This document shows positions 53,459 to 64,000 of a stretch of DNA of 64,000 bases, piece after piece. The stretch lies in the NCBI GenBank assembly GCA_050273025.1, contig CP158635.1:20770001-20834000 (forward strand). Direction: 5' to 3'. The DNA is from Cenococcum geophilum (Eukaryota). The stretch's first letter is position 1, and each line of letters opens with the position of its first letter. The notes under the pieces are model-generated. The model searched no databases. It worked only from the letters and a program-made list of their open reading frames with translations, and was not told where the DNA came from. The position numbers and the translations under genes are program-made.

Positions 53459-56400
53459 TTATTATTTATTGCTTAACGTCCGATTCGGATCCCTATTGGG
53501 CCCACGCGGACTACTCCTTATATACATATAGGGAGAAAACTCTATTTAAGAAAACCCCGTAATCCATCTCCCCGCCTTTTAGGACTCGCCTATAAGGCGC
53601 CTATAAGGCGCCTGCGAGTCACCTATAGTGCTCTACTACCTTACTTTTTAACCTCCTTAGGAACCACTGCTGCCGTAACAAACCTACGGATGCGCTAGTA
53701 TCGCAAACTTTACTCTACTACTGTAGAGTTATTAGGGGGCGCCTAATACCCACCCCCTTACCTTCTATTACCATTTCCCTTATAACCCGGAACTGGTTTA
53801 GTACATTTTAGCTAATAAGCCACTGGGTAACCGCCTTAAGACCTTTTTATATTAAGAGCAATGTATTATAGTTTTCTGTGCCAGCTGCTGAGAGTATTAC
53901 TTCTCGGTTAATGCGTAGGGGGCATAATAGTATTACGTGTTTTAGTATCTATCTTAGCCAGCCATATTCGCATCTTAGGCTACCTACTAGGACGCCTACC
54001 CAGTAGAGCCAGTCTTTTAATCCTATTATTCCTATTCTTAGGAGTATTGCCATTGTATTTTCTACCTTTGTTAGGCCTTTTCGGAGCCCTTAAGTATTTA
54101 CCCCCTATGGCGTTAACCATCCTATAGCTTAGGTTACTCTTGCCTAAGTCAGCCTCTGCACCTTCGACTCCCATACGCCTCTCTAGTGCTAGTCCAACTA
54201 GTATTATATTGCGGTTACTGGTTTCCCGGCGTTCTTTTATGCTCTACTTTAGCTCCTTTCTCTTTCTTACTATCGTCTTTGTTAGCCTCTTACACGTCTC
54301 CCTTCCTCCTCTATATAGGCCTAGGCCCTAATACTATACTATTCTTCTTCTGCTTTCTTTACCTGTTTCTCTAGTATATCTTCCCTACTTTAGGGTTATT
54401 GGATTATTCTCCTACGAGGCGCCCTAGGGTCCCTCCATAGTTTATTTAGGCGTGTCTTAATATACTTTATAATATTAGAGTTGCATTTATTTTGCGCCCT
54501 TTATATTGCGGCGGCTTTAATATATAGTTATAGGGGGGGGATATTAGCTTCCTTCTCAAGGAGTACTACGGCCGTTCGCTTATACCCGCCTATTATACTC
54601 TAAAGGCATACTATCTAGACCTTTTAGAGTAGTTTAAGGAGTGATTTAGGGGGGCCCTTCTTGGTTTTACTAATAGCCCAGATACTGGATCTATACGTTA
54701 TAGTAGGCCGGACAACTACTATATATAGTAGGCGTGACCTCTAAAAGCATGGACCCCATATAGAATTGACGATCCTAAATAATATAATATACTATACTTG
54801 GCCCTTACGGGCTGCTTACGCCGCATGTGCGCTCTACCGGAGCTTGCTGTCTACCTATACTTCTAATACCCTTAGGCCCTAAACTGGTTGACCCCTAAAG
54901 CCTTAAATATAAATTGCATGCTAGAGATCTGCAGATTAGTTACGTTTTCTTATAAAATGGATTAGCTGGTATTTCTCTGGTAAGAATTGGACTCTATATT
55001 GTCTTGCCTATTCTATATAGGTGTTATAGGCTTTCTCTAGTATTCTGCAGTTCTCTGCGGCTGTTAGCCCGTATATAATTAGGTTTGTGTTATTAACAAA
55101 GCCTATCCCCTAGGTCGCCCCTTCCTTAAAGGAGTCTAGTAGGTTGCTTATAAAGAAAAGGAAGAGTATAGGCGAGAGGGGTAATCCTTATAGTATTCCT
55201 ATTATAACTGCGATAGGGGGGCTCTGGTATCCGCTAAAGATTAGTAATATTTCTTTTTAGCCTGTAAACCCTTAAATAAATTGTATAATCTATTCTAAGA
55301 AGCCCTTTGCCCTAAGGATATATAGGAGGCGCTTGTGGGGTACGTTGTCGTAGGCACCACTAATATCTAGGCTAAGCATTGATACTACGAAGTCCCTTCG
55401 CATTGCCTATACAGATTTGATGGTAGTAGCGAGTAGCGTAAGTGCTAATAGCGTTAAGCGGTTCTTTCTTGCCCCCATTTAGCTTTATGGTAGTAGGGCG
55501 TATTCCTCTGCCGTATCTGCTATGTGGTCCGCTATTACCTTTTCTAAGATCTTACTAAGGGTGTTTTCCAGGGCGATAGGGCGGTAGCTTCCTAGGATTA
55601 AGTAATCTGCTTTACCTTCTTTCCGTAAAATAACCGTCGTTATAGATCTTTTAAGTCGCGGGTAGTAGCCTATAGCAAAGTATGCTCTGGCTATATCTAT
55701 AAGCTAAGGTGCTATAAGTAGTCCATAGGTTTTTAAGGCCTTATTTAGAATCCCATCTAGTCCTAGTGCTATATTGTTTAAAAGGCGGCTAATAGTTCTG
55801 GCCATTTCCTCTGTTATTATATTACTGTTAACCCTTAGGCGAGTTACCGGTGTTTTACCCGTGATATTACTAAGGTCTACTAGAGCCGGTTAGGGGAAGA
55901 ACCTTTCTATAAGGATCTTTGCCTTCTTATTATTATTATTAGTAGCCTATAGTTCCCCTACTCTTCGTAGGGGTAGTAGGTATAGGTCTTCTACTAAACG
56001 CCCTGCCTTTTTTTTTGCCTATTTCACTATGGCCTAAAGGCCCTTATTATAGGGGAGGCTTAGGTTAAAAGTATGCTCGTTTATAAACCGTCTCCAGTTA
56101 TTTTTTGCTTCTTTCTTTAGGGTATTCTTTAGCTAGTTTCTTATATCTTTATATTGTCTCTTATCTTTAGGATTGTAGCTGCTTATATATTTCCTTCTTA
56201 CTCGTCGTTAGCTAGCAATAAGAACCGCGCATTATGCGGACCATACGTGTCGCGCGTAGGGGCCCGGTTTTAAGGCCGGGCAGTGCTCTTTTAGCCCGTT
56301 TTTAATCGCTGTCTAGATCCTTTCTAGTCTTTAGTTAATTTCTTTAGGGGTAGCTAATAAGCCTCGCTTGTTTGGTATCGGGTGGATTTCTTCTAGGTCT

Positions 56401-59011
56401 TAAAGTTGTTGTTTAACTGTGTTAAGGAAACTGTTTGTCTTAAGCTTCCTTATTACGTATCTTTTGCTACTTAGTTACGCCTTAATATCCAAATCTAGCT
56501 ATATCTGGATGGGGATATGGTTTAAGGTAAGTGCCCATTTTTCTTTAGGGTTACACCTTTTAAGTCTCTGGTATAGGCCTTCGTCCATAAATATAAGGTT
56601 AATTATACTTCTAGAGGATCCTCATTGCCATATAATTGCTCCTAGGGGGGTAGCTAACTTAAGGCCCTAGGTGTCTATAGCTCTTAGTAGGCACTCCGCC
56701 TGTCGTTCAGCAGCAATATAGATACCCCCCCACTGCGGGTGGTAGAGGTTTATATCTCCTAGTAGGATAAACTCTATGCCTTCGGTTTCTAGTAAGCTTA
56801 TTACCAATATAATATTCTCTGTTTATAGGACCCCTTTAACCCTAGGGTTATACACATTAATAATTTATACCGGTCCCCTATATATCTAGATTGTTATAAC
56901 TATAATATCTAGGTTAACTGCCTGCTATAACTATAAGGACAGGCTGATAGCCTTACTAATTATAAAGCACATATAAGTAGCTGCTTTTGGTTCGTATAGG
57001 AGCTGAAATCCTTAGGGGCAGTATGTTAATTATATATAGGTATTGTAGTACGGCTCTTATATAGCAAGGATATGGTGTTTCTCTAGGTCTAGACTGTCTA
57101 GTAGGGGCCTTACAAGACGGTAGTTTATATTGCCGCAGTTATACTATATAATGGATAGGTGGCGGACCCCCAGCAAGGGTCCTTCGCCTCTCCTTTATTC
57201 CTCGCTTCTTTTATTTCCACTTTCTCTAGGATATTTAGAACTTCTATCTCTTATGTCTATACCCTAGTCGCTACTTATTTTATATAGAGCTTTCCATTCC
57301 TATATCTTGTGTTCCTACTAGCGCTTCTATATCTAAGTCTATTATTATCTTTAGTTCTTCCCCTACTGGTTAACTATAGGCCCTTTATAGGTCGGCTACG
57401 AATATTATATTTACCGCGTTAAATCTAATTCTTAATTGTCCTGGTCTTAAGCTTACTATAGCTGTCTATAGGGGTCTTCCTACAGGGCGTCCTCTCCCTT
57501 ATATCCCCTATAACCTTTATATCCCTATACAGTCTAGTAATATCACGCGGCGCCACTTCTAGCCCATTAAGGCTTGGGATGGCTAGCCTAGCCCCCCAAT
57601 ATTAAAGGTAGGGAACGCTAGGAAGGCACCTACGTCTCCCTAGCTTATCGCCTATTGTTTCCATTCGTCTAACCTAGCGTGCAGTTATTCCCGCAGCTAT
57701 TAAGCCCTTACCTTCCGTCTCCTGTATTTAATGCAGTCTTCTCTCTCCTACGCCTTATATATGCTTTAGTAGCAGTTTACGCATTTTATTTGGTCTTAAT
57801 TTAAGCAGTGTCTTATATCATAGGGGCCTATACAGTGGCCACAGCACACCTATACTACGCATGTGGATTAGGTGTGTCCCCATTATACACAGCAGTAGCA
57901 TTGTTTTAGGCGTAGTCTATAGTTATAGAGCCTTACGTTATATATAAGGCCATTTATAATTATTCCTTTTTGGATAAGGAGTTTTTGCATTCCTAGTGTA
58001 TGTGTGCTAATAATGAGGGAGCCATGCGTTCGCCCGGCGTCTCCCTAGCGAGTCTCTAATAACCCTCGTATCCTCTCATTATTCTCATTATTTGCTTAGT
58101 TTGCATTTTCCTATTAAAGCCATTGGATTTAGGTAATCTCGAGACCTAGTATAAGGCGTTCCGTTTACTTTACTATCTTCTATATAGTTGCTATATTATC
58201 CGCCTAGCGTCCCTTTTCTACCCTAAGGCTTATAGGAACCACTAGGACTTTAACTAGGTAATCTTTACAGAGCACTTTTATACCAATACGTTCTCCTAGC
58301 CTATCCCCTGCTCTTACGGCTTATTTCTTTACCTATTAGTCCTTTAGGGTGACTCTAATATCTCCGCTCCTAAGGTATTGGACTATAACTATATTATAGA
58401 CCTCTTTGCAAATCTTTATAAGGACTTCTATTTCTAATTATCCCCTAAGCTCCTTTGCTTTTTCTGTGTTTGGTTATATTATAATTATATACCCGGTTAT
58501 TATCTTAAGGAGGGTAGGTTCCCTATGCTATAGAAGCGCAGCTACGGCGGCCCAGGTACGGTTTACCGGTAAGGGGGGGTTTTGTTTATTTTTAATTTTG
58601 CTTAGCCGTTAGAGGATTTAATTAAGGGTTTACTAGAGGGGCGCCTAGGGCTTACTAGACTAGCAGAGCCATTCTACTAGCTGCATTAGTTTGTTATAGC
58701 TAATAGTTACTCCCCCATAATTTCGGATACTAGACGCGTCCAGTAGGCTTTGTATTTTGTCAGATACCTTCTTAATAGAGGTATTTCCGCTTTGTAGTGT
58801 GGTATTCGCCCGTTTTTGTTGTGGAGGGCCGTTGTTAGGCGTGGATCTGGCGGTCGCGCGCGAGTGCGAACCACCGTCGGTCGACGTGTGCCTCCCCTGC
58901 GATGCATGCATCTCAGGGGGATTCTCTGGGTGTTTTTCAGGGTTCTTTTGGTTGGTTTTGGTCTTTTTGGGCCGGGTGCAGCAAGAGCTCCTCAGTCAGG
59001 TTGTCTAACCT
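53459..59011 (-). mobile_element. Full-length Tad-like LINE, ~5.55 kb, RIP-inactivated
   Basis: 15-bp TSD TAAATGAATAAATTA (53444-53458, 59012-59026). ORF1 runs from ~58911 with CCHC knuckles at 57700-57900. ORF2 has APE-like I..YNCGN..AI.EP near 57150, RT SYRPIALENTLSKILEK, LDISGAYDNVPH and GFVNN (RIP of FVDD), and a C-terminal CE.G..KHV..LCP finger near 53950. No RNase H is seen. Confidence 0.94.
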
Positions 59012-59088
59012 TAAATGAATAAATTAGATATCCGTAATCTCCGCTTGGCGGATTTTAGTTATAATTTTAACAAATCACGCCAAAGGCT

Positions 59089-59159
59089 CTCAGACGTGAT
59101 TTTGCAATTCGGAAGACGGCGTAGGTTATTCCGACGCTAGCTAAAAAATCACGTCTGAG
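59089..59159. promoter_or_regulatory. Perfect 15-bp inverted repeat upstream of the zinc-finger gene
   Basis: CTCAGACGTGATTTT (59089-59103) and AAAATCACGTCTGAG (59145-59159); partial copies near 59072 and 59173. A regulatory role is inferred only. Confidence 0.5.
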
Positions 59160-59386
59160 CTCGCTGAGGTAACTCAGACGCTCGGTGGAGAATTCGTTGG
59201 TGATAAGGAGTATGCCCGCACGTGCGCGTAGCGCACGTACCAACATAAGGTCGGCCGGGTTTTTCACACAGGTCGAGCCCTGCTGCTTGCCACACCAAAA
59301 CAATGAATGGTCCCACAGCTTATTAGTCACGAACAAAGCGGGCGTGTGAGCAGACCCTTCGAAACTACCCAAAATTGCTCGTTCCT

Positions 59387-62187
59387 ATGGGGAGGCCTCA
59401 GCGAGGGCCCAGGCATGATCTGCACGAGGTACGGAAGCTTTCCTTATTGTACATATCATGACATTTTCGCCGTGCGATTCGCAAACCTCACTGATTCTAG
59501 GGCTTCCCTTGCCCGGACTACGAAAAGTTCAACTGCAGAGAGACATTCAGGACACAAAATGGTGCCTCTTCCCACGCGATCTCTGCACACCGTGAATGTA
59601 TTTTCCCTAGGGCGGAGAATGGGGAATTCCCATGCCCAATGGCGGGGAAATATGGCTGTATGGCTTCCTTTCGCAAAATAGGGGGTGTGCGGAGACATCT
59701 GAAGTCTGAACATGCAGGGAAGAGCTTTCCATGCCCATTTGCAAAAGAGAATGGCTGCAGATCTACTTACACCACTCTCGACGGTGCGAAAATACATGCC
59801 GAGGCCAAACATAGACAGGTGCGGTATCCATGTCCCCTGGCCAATAAGGAAAACTGCACAACTACGTTGGCTTCGCTGGCTAGCGCAAAAGAGCACGCGA
59901 GAGCGATACACCTGGGTTTTCGATATCCTTGTCCACTTGCACAAGAGAAAAACTGCCAGGCCACTTTCACTACCCTCACAGGTGCAAACTGCCATGCAAA
60001 CTCAGCACATCGGCAACTGCAATTTCCTTGTCCACTTGCGGAAGCTCAACGCTGTGATAAACTGTTTAAGAGACCGGGGGATGCACAAGTCCACTCGAAG
60101 TCACATCTTGGATTGAGATATCCATGTCCTATTGCAGAAGATTATGGGTGCAAAGCCATGTTCAAAGGGACAAAGAGGGCTAAAAGCCACGGAGCATGTC
60201 ATACCCGCCCATTCCTCTGCCCTCGGCAAGGCTGCTTCAGCCGATTCGCAACGCTAACAGATGCATTCGAGCATGCAGATGACGCTAAGCACCCAACTAA
60301 ATGTTTCTTCTTATGTCCCCTCCCAATGTGCAGAAATGCTGTGGCAGGCAGGCGACTTACGAAATCTGGCCTGGTTGAGCACAAGGCAGCGCACATTAAG
60401 TACGGCGACCTCAGTATCGGCGCTGACTATGTTCCGCAAAAAGTCGAAGAGTTGCGTGTGCATAGCAGCTGTGCGTTGTATTCAGTGATACTACAGCATA
60501 ATGGCCTTTGTCCAATCGAAGTAGATGAGGAGAGTGGAGACCACGACTTGACCGAGGGCCAACCAGACGATACTGAGGATACATACGACCTTTTCGCAGT
60601 GTGTGAGGAACAAGAACAAGAATACTCCACTTTATCACTCGATGGTGAGGGTAAACTCGAAGAGTCTCTTGGCGAAAATGGGATGCTTTCCAAAGCAAAT
60701 CGCACAAGGCTCCTAGAACAGAACACTACACTGTGGAGTATGTCACATCCTTCTCTTCCCCACCAGATGTTACTGACCCAGAATGGCCCCGGTAGATAGC
60801 CACAAAGACCTCAAGGTTTCATTCTTGAACCTGGGACTTACATGCTTGGGAGCAAGCCGCGGCTTCTGCCATTTTGTGGCAGAGAAGTGCGCAAATGAAG
60901 TTGTTCTGGATTTTGATACTGCACGTCTAGTGCTGGTCATGGACCAATCACGCATGAAACTCGACAACCGCTGTGTTGCATGCCGAGCCGTAATTCAACT
61001 GACAGCTTTTCTCACGAATCACGATGTCGAACTCGCGAATGGGAAGGAGTTTTGCGCTTTCACAGGTTGTGGCCGGCCCTCCTTTCGTGTATCAGGAAGA
61101 TGTATTGAACACCTTTTCGACCGAAAGCTTTATAATTTCATCAGCAAGGTCCACCGCGAGAAGACCATCACAAAGACGAAATTACTTCGAGAAGCCTTCG
61201 AGTCTGCGGTGCGTAAAAGGTGGAGTTTTTCACCGGACTATGATATCGTACGGAACCGCACCTTCGACATTCAAAAGGGGACGCGAGCTGGTTTAGACTT
61301 GGTAATTCTGGACGATGAGTTCTCTCCTGCTTCGGGTCAGCTTTGGGAATTTGCCATGATTGAGAAAGTCTCTGGCAAAACCTTGGTCAATACCTGCGTC
61401 AAGCACGAGAACGGCTTAGATCACAGAACATGGGGTGAGGATCCATTCTTGCGATCAATGAGCCGATCTAAAGCTGCCAACGTCTTTAGCCCTTCTCGAT
61501 TACCCAAAATCGATCGCTTGAATGCGGATGAAGTTGCAACCAAACTTCAAGCAGCAGGGATCACACAAGACACGATCATCCTTGTATGGCATGTAGGGCG
61601 GTCTGATCTGAGAATCTTGAGGCGTTTCCTCGAATCGGCTGGACATCATGGGATCCTACCGCGAGATGAGAACTGTATATCATTATTGCAGCTCTTCCGA
61701 ACTAATCTCTCAGTGGCTCCTCTTGGACTCAAGACGTTCCCCCTGAAGCTAGAAATTCTATTCCCCATATTCTTCCCAAGGCATCACCTGATCGGACTCA
61801 ACCATCGGGCTCTAGAAGACTGTTTACAGACGCGACTTTTATCGCTTGCATTTGACGAACTGTGTAAGCCAGTGACGCAGCGGCGAGGGAAGTGGCGGCC
61901 GGAGAATGTCGGCAACATTGCCCAAACGACCCTCTTGGGTTGGCTTCAAGAGACGGAACCCCTTAATTCACACCAGAGTAAGATAGATCGCCTCAAGAGA
62001 TGACAAGACGTTGAACTGATTGAAATGAACAGAGTCTAGGAAGCGAAAGCCATCCATAGATGGCGACGCATCGTTAGGTCAGAGCAAATGCCTCCGAGAA
62101 GGCTTTGAAATCAGCGACCCGCTCGAAGATACCACTGCTGGGACGGTTAAGGTACGGCGTAGTACCCGACTGAGAGGAAAGTCATGA
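59387..62187 (+). CDS. Multi-C2H2 zinc finger / DEDDh 3'-5' exonuclease fusion protein, ~871 aa; predicted exons 59387-59428, 59501-60737, 60796-61977, 62033-62187
   Basis: Three introns (72, 58 and 55 bp) with GTACGG/GTATGT/GTAAGA donors, CTGAY branch sites and YAG acceptors all preserve frame. Nine C..C..H..H fingers; Exo I LVILDDEF, Exo II WH....DL and Exo III HRALED; C-terminal KSRKRK and RRSTRL. No internal stops. Confidence 0.88.
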
Positions 62188-62296
62188 CGGTCGTTATCTC
62201 GTATCATCCTTTTGTCATTCGCTTAGTATAGGAGATATTTATTACACTTAAAAAACCATGGAATGGATATTAGCAATCTTTCCGACGATAAGTACT

Positions 62297-62499
62297 TGTA
62301 AGGGATATTATCACGGTCATCTCGGGAAACCCTCAGGGCAGCCCTCGGGTAGCCCTCGGATGGTCGTCGGTCACGTACCCGTAGTATATAGTCTCCTCGA
62401 TCCCAGAGGCCTTATCTCCTTAAGGATTCGTCTCCTCCACAATCTATCTTGTTCCTACAATCGTGCCTTATAGCCCCCTGCCCACAAAGTCCCTTTACG
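62297..62499. mobile_element. Solo LTR (family F), 203 bp
   Basis: TGTAAGGGA...TCCCTTTACG termini; TSD GTACT (62292-62296, 62500-62504). Confidence 0.78.
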
Positions 62500-62529
62500 G
62501 TACTATAACGGGTAATTTTAATAAATAAA

Positions 62530-62800
62530 ATATTATTATTTATTTGTTCATTGCTTAATGTCTAATACGGATCCTATGTGGCCCACGCAGACTACTCCGT
62601 CACAGGGGGGAAAACTTGTGTATTTACAGGAAGAAAACCCCTGCAGTTGGGGGAGGAAAACCCCTATAAGCCACCTCAGTAGGATGAAAAACCCCGATTT
62701 GCCATGTCCGCACGTAGCAGCGGCCCTGCGGGCCTACAGCTACGTCCCGCCTCCTTAGATGTTTTGGACTCCTTGGGAACCACTACTTCCTTTTCCAGCT
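62530..62800 (-). mobile_element. 3' terminus of a LINE-related element (5' extent unresolved)
   Basis: TTGCTTAATGTC..GGATCCTATGTGGCCCACGCAGACTACTCC and CCTTGGGAACCACT match the 3' UTR of the LINE at 53459; AT-rich tail. Confidence 0.7.
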
Positions 62801-63728
62801 CATCCAAAGCTGGGCCTTACTACGTCCCAGCTAGGCCTTGCCGATCGATCGCCGTATCTTGTTGTTGTTGCTTCCCATGTTATTATAACCGTCCCCTGTG
62901 TACTATCTCTTGTTGACCATTGCCATATACGCCTTGCCTCCCCCCCCTAAGGCCTATTAAAGGCGTAAGGGGGATTCACCCATTTTAATTACCATTTAAT
63001 ACCGAAAGGCGAGCGGGATGTGTATGTGTATGTGCTCTGGGTGTCTTTTATGCCTAGGCCCCGGTTGCTAGGCCCTCCCTATAGAGGCCAAGATATAAGG
63101 AGGAGACAGGGAAAACCGTAGGGGGTTGTTATCTAGGCTGCCAGGCAGTATTACGGCAGCAAAATGGCGAGTGAATGCTCCGCGGGCGATCGGTGCCGGT
63201 TACGTTGCTTATGGAACTAAATCCTAGCGCGCATTTGTAATATGCTCGCCCCATAGTAATTTAGTACGTGCGCACCATCGCGCCCATAACGCGTCGGATG
63301 TTAAAACAATACCTTGCCCTCGCCATTAAACTTAAAGCTTTTGATCCTTATACAAATCCTCTATCGCGATTAAATCTTAGAGGAGTTTGCAATGCCTTAT
63401 AGACGCACACCCGCTTCTACCCCCCCTACTACTACTAGCGGCAGCAGCGCTTACCTAATTCTTTATATACCTAACGATATTACTAATTAGAGGTATGCTT
63501 TCTTTACCCTCTAGCAGAACCTTTATTTAAGCGTTAAATAGTTTAACTAGCTCTAGCCTTATATAACAAACCAGTAGTCTAATTAGGGTAAAATATATAA
63601 TAAGTATTCTATTAACTATATTTTTAAATATTACTTCTAGTATAAGCAGCAGCTAAAAAGCAGAGGAGAAGGTATTTATTTACGCTTAATTTAAACCGCT
63701 AATTTATGCGGTATAGTATATAAGGTAG

Positions 63729-63963
63729 TGTAAGCTTTGCAGTGCGAAGAATTGAATGAACGACTTGATTGTGAATGTAGCTCTAGAGGCTCTATATATA
63801 CACGAAGAAGGTAGAAGTAATGGGGTAATAGATAGCTGAAATGGGAACGGTAATCTGCCACCAATATTGATCTGCAACCAATATATTGGGTGGCGTTGAC
63901 GCCGTCTTGGAGCCTTCCAAGCGGTGATCTTGTGTCTCAGCGTAGTGTCGGTAGTCGGTTACA
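63729..63963. mobile_element. Solo LTR family E, 235 bp
   Basis: TGTAAG...GTTACA ends; TSD GGTAG; homologous to 51444-51688. Confidence 0.9.
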
Positions 63964-64000
63964 GGTAGTATATAATTATCTAGCTAGGTAAGCAGAAGGT

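Noticed and set aside
53980..54374. Hydrophobic or basic short ORFs in the LINE 3' region (also 6243-6449) as an extra gene
   Set aside because: Another minus-strand frame encodes the RIP-damaged ORF2 C-terminal zinc-finger region, which explains the sequence.
59020..59056. Helitron 3' end (TCCGC-caa-GCGGA hairpin then CTAA on the minus strand)
   Set aside because: The stem is only 5 bp, and no Rep/helicase or matching 5' end is visible.
59456..61296. Overlapping antisense and alternate-frame ORFs (59456-59995, 59712-60116, 60411-60726 etc.)
   Set aside because: They are shadows of the GC-balanced finger-nuclease CDS and have no motifs of their own.
60783..62003. Stand-alone 406-aa exonuclease gene
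   Set aside because: Its ATG and its stop both fall inside predicted introns; spliced fusion with the finger exon and a final NLS-bearing exon is frame-consistent.
51444..63963. Family E LTR pair as ends of a composite element carrying the gene
   Set aside because: They are inverted relative to each other and each has its own distinct TSD (CTTTC, GGTAG), so they are independent solo LTRs.
63390..64000. Possible RIPed gene or transposase start (ATGCCTTATAGACGC...)
   Set aside because: Too degraded and truncated by the window end to assign.

Overview
Filamentous-ascomycete (Pezizomycotina-type) repeat-rich DNA. About 51 kb is a nested stack of RIP-mutated transposons (TpA excess; TAA/TAG where Gln/Trp are expected). 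It holds five copies of one Gypsy/chromovirus family (A), two copies of a second (C, one inside the other), two short non-autonomous LTR elements, a TA-targeting MITE, solo LTRs and Tad-like LINEs. Most boundaries are fixed by target-site duplications (TSDs). The stack interrupts a RIP-degraded Crypton/NDC10-type tyrosine recombinase gene (~51.1-52.1 kb, minus). The only intact gene is a predicted 4-exon, ~871-aa protein at 59387-62187. It fuses nine C2H2 zinc fingers (seven with atypical C-x7-C spacing), a Cys-rich linker and a DEDDh 3'-5' exonuclease with intact catalytic motifs, and ends in a basic NLS-like tail. Family-A retrotransposons also carry an antisense Zn2Cys6-like/coiled-coil ORF. 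All family and domain calls come from motif recognition by eye; no database searches were run.
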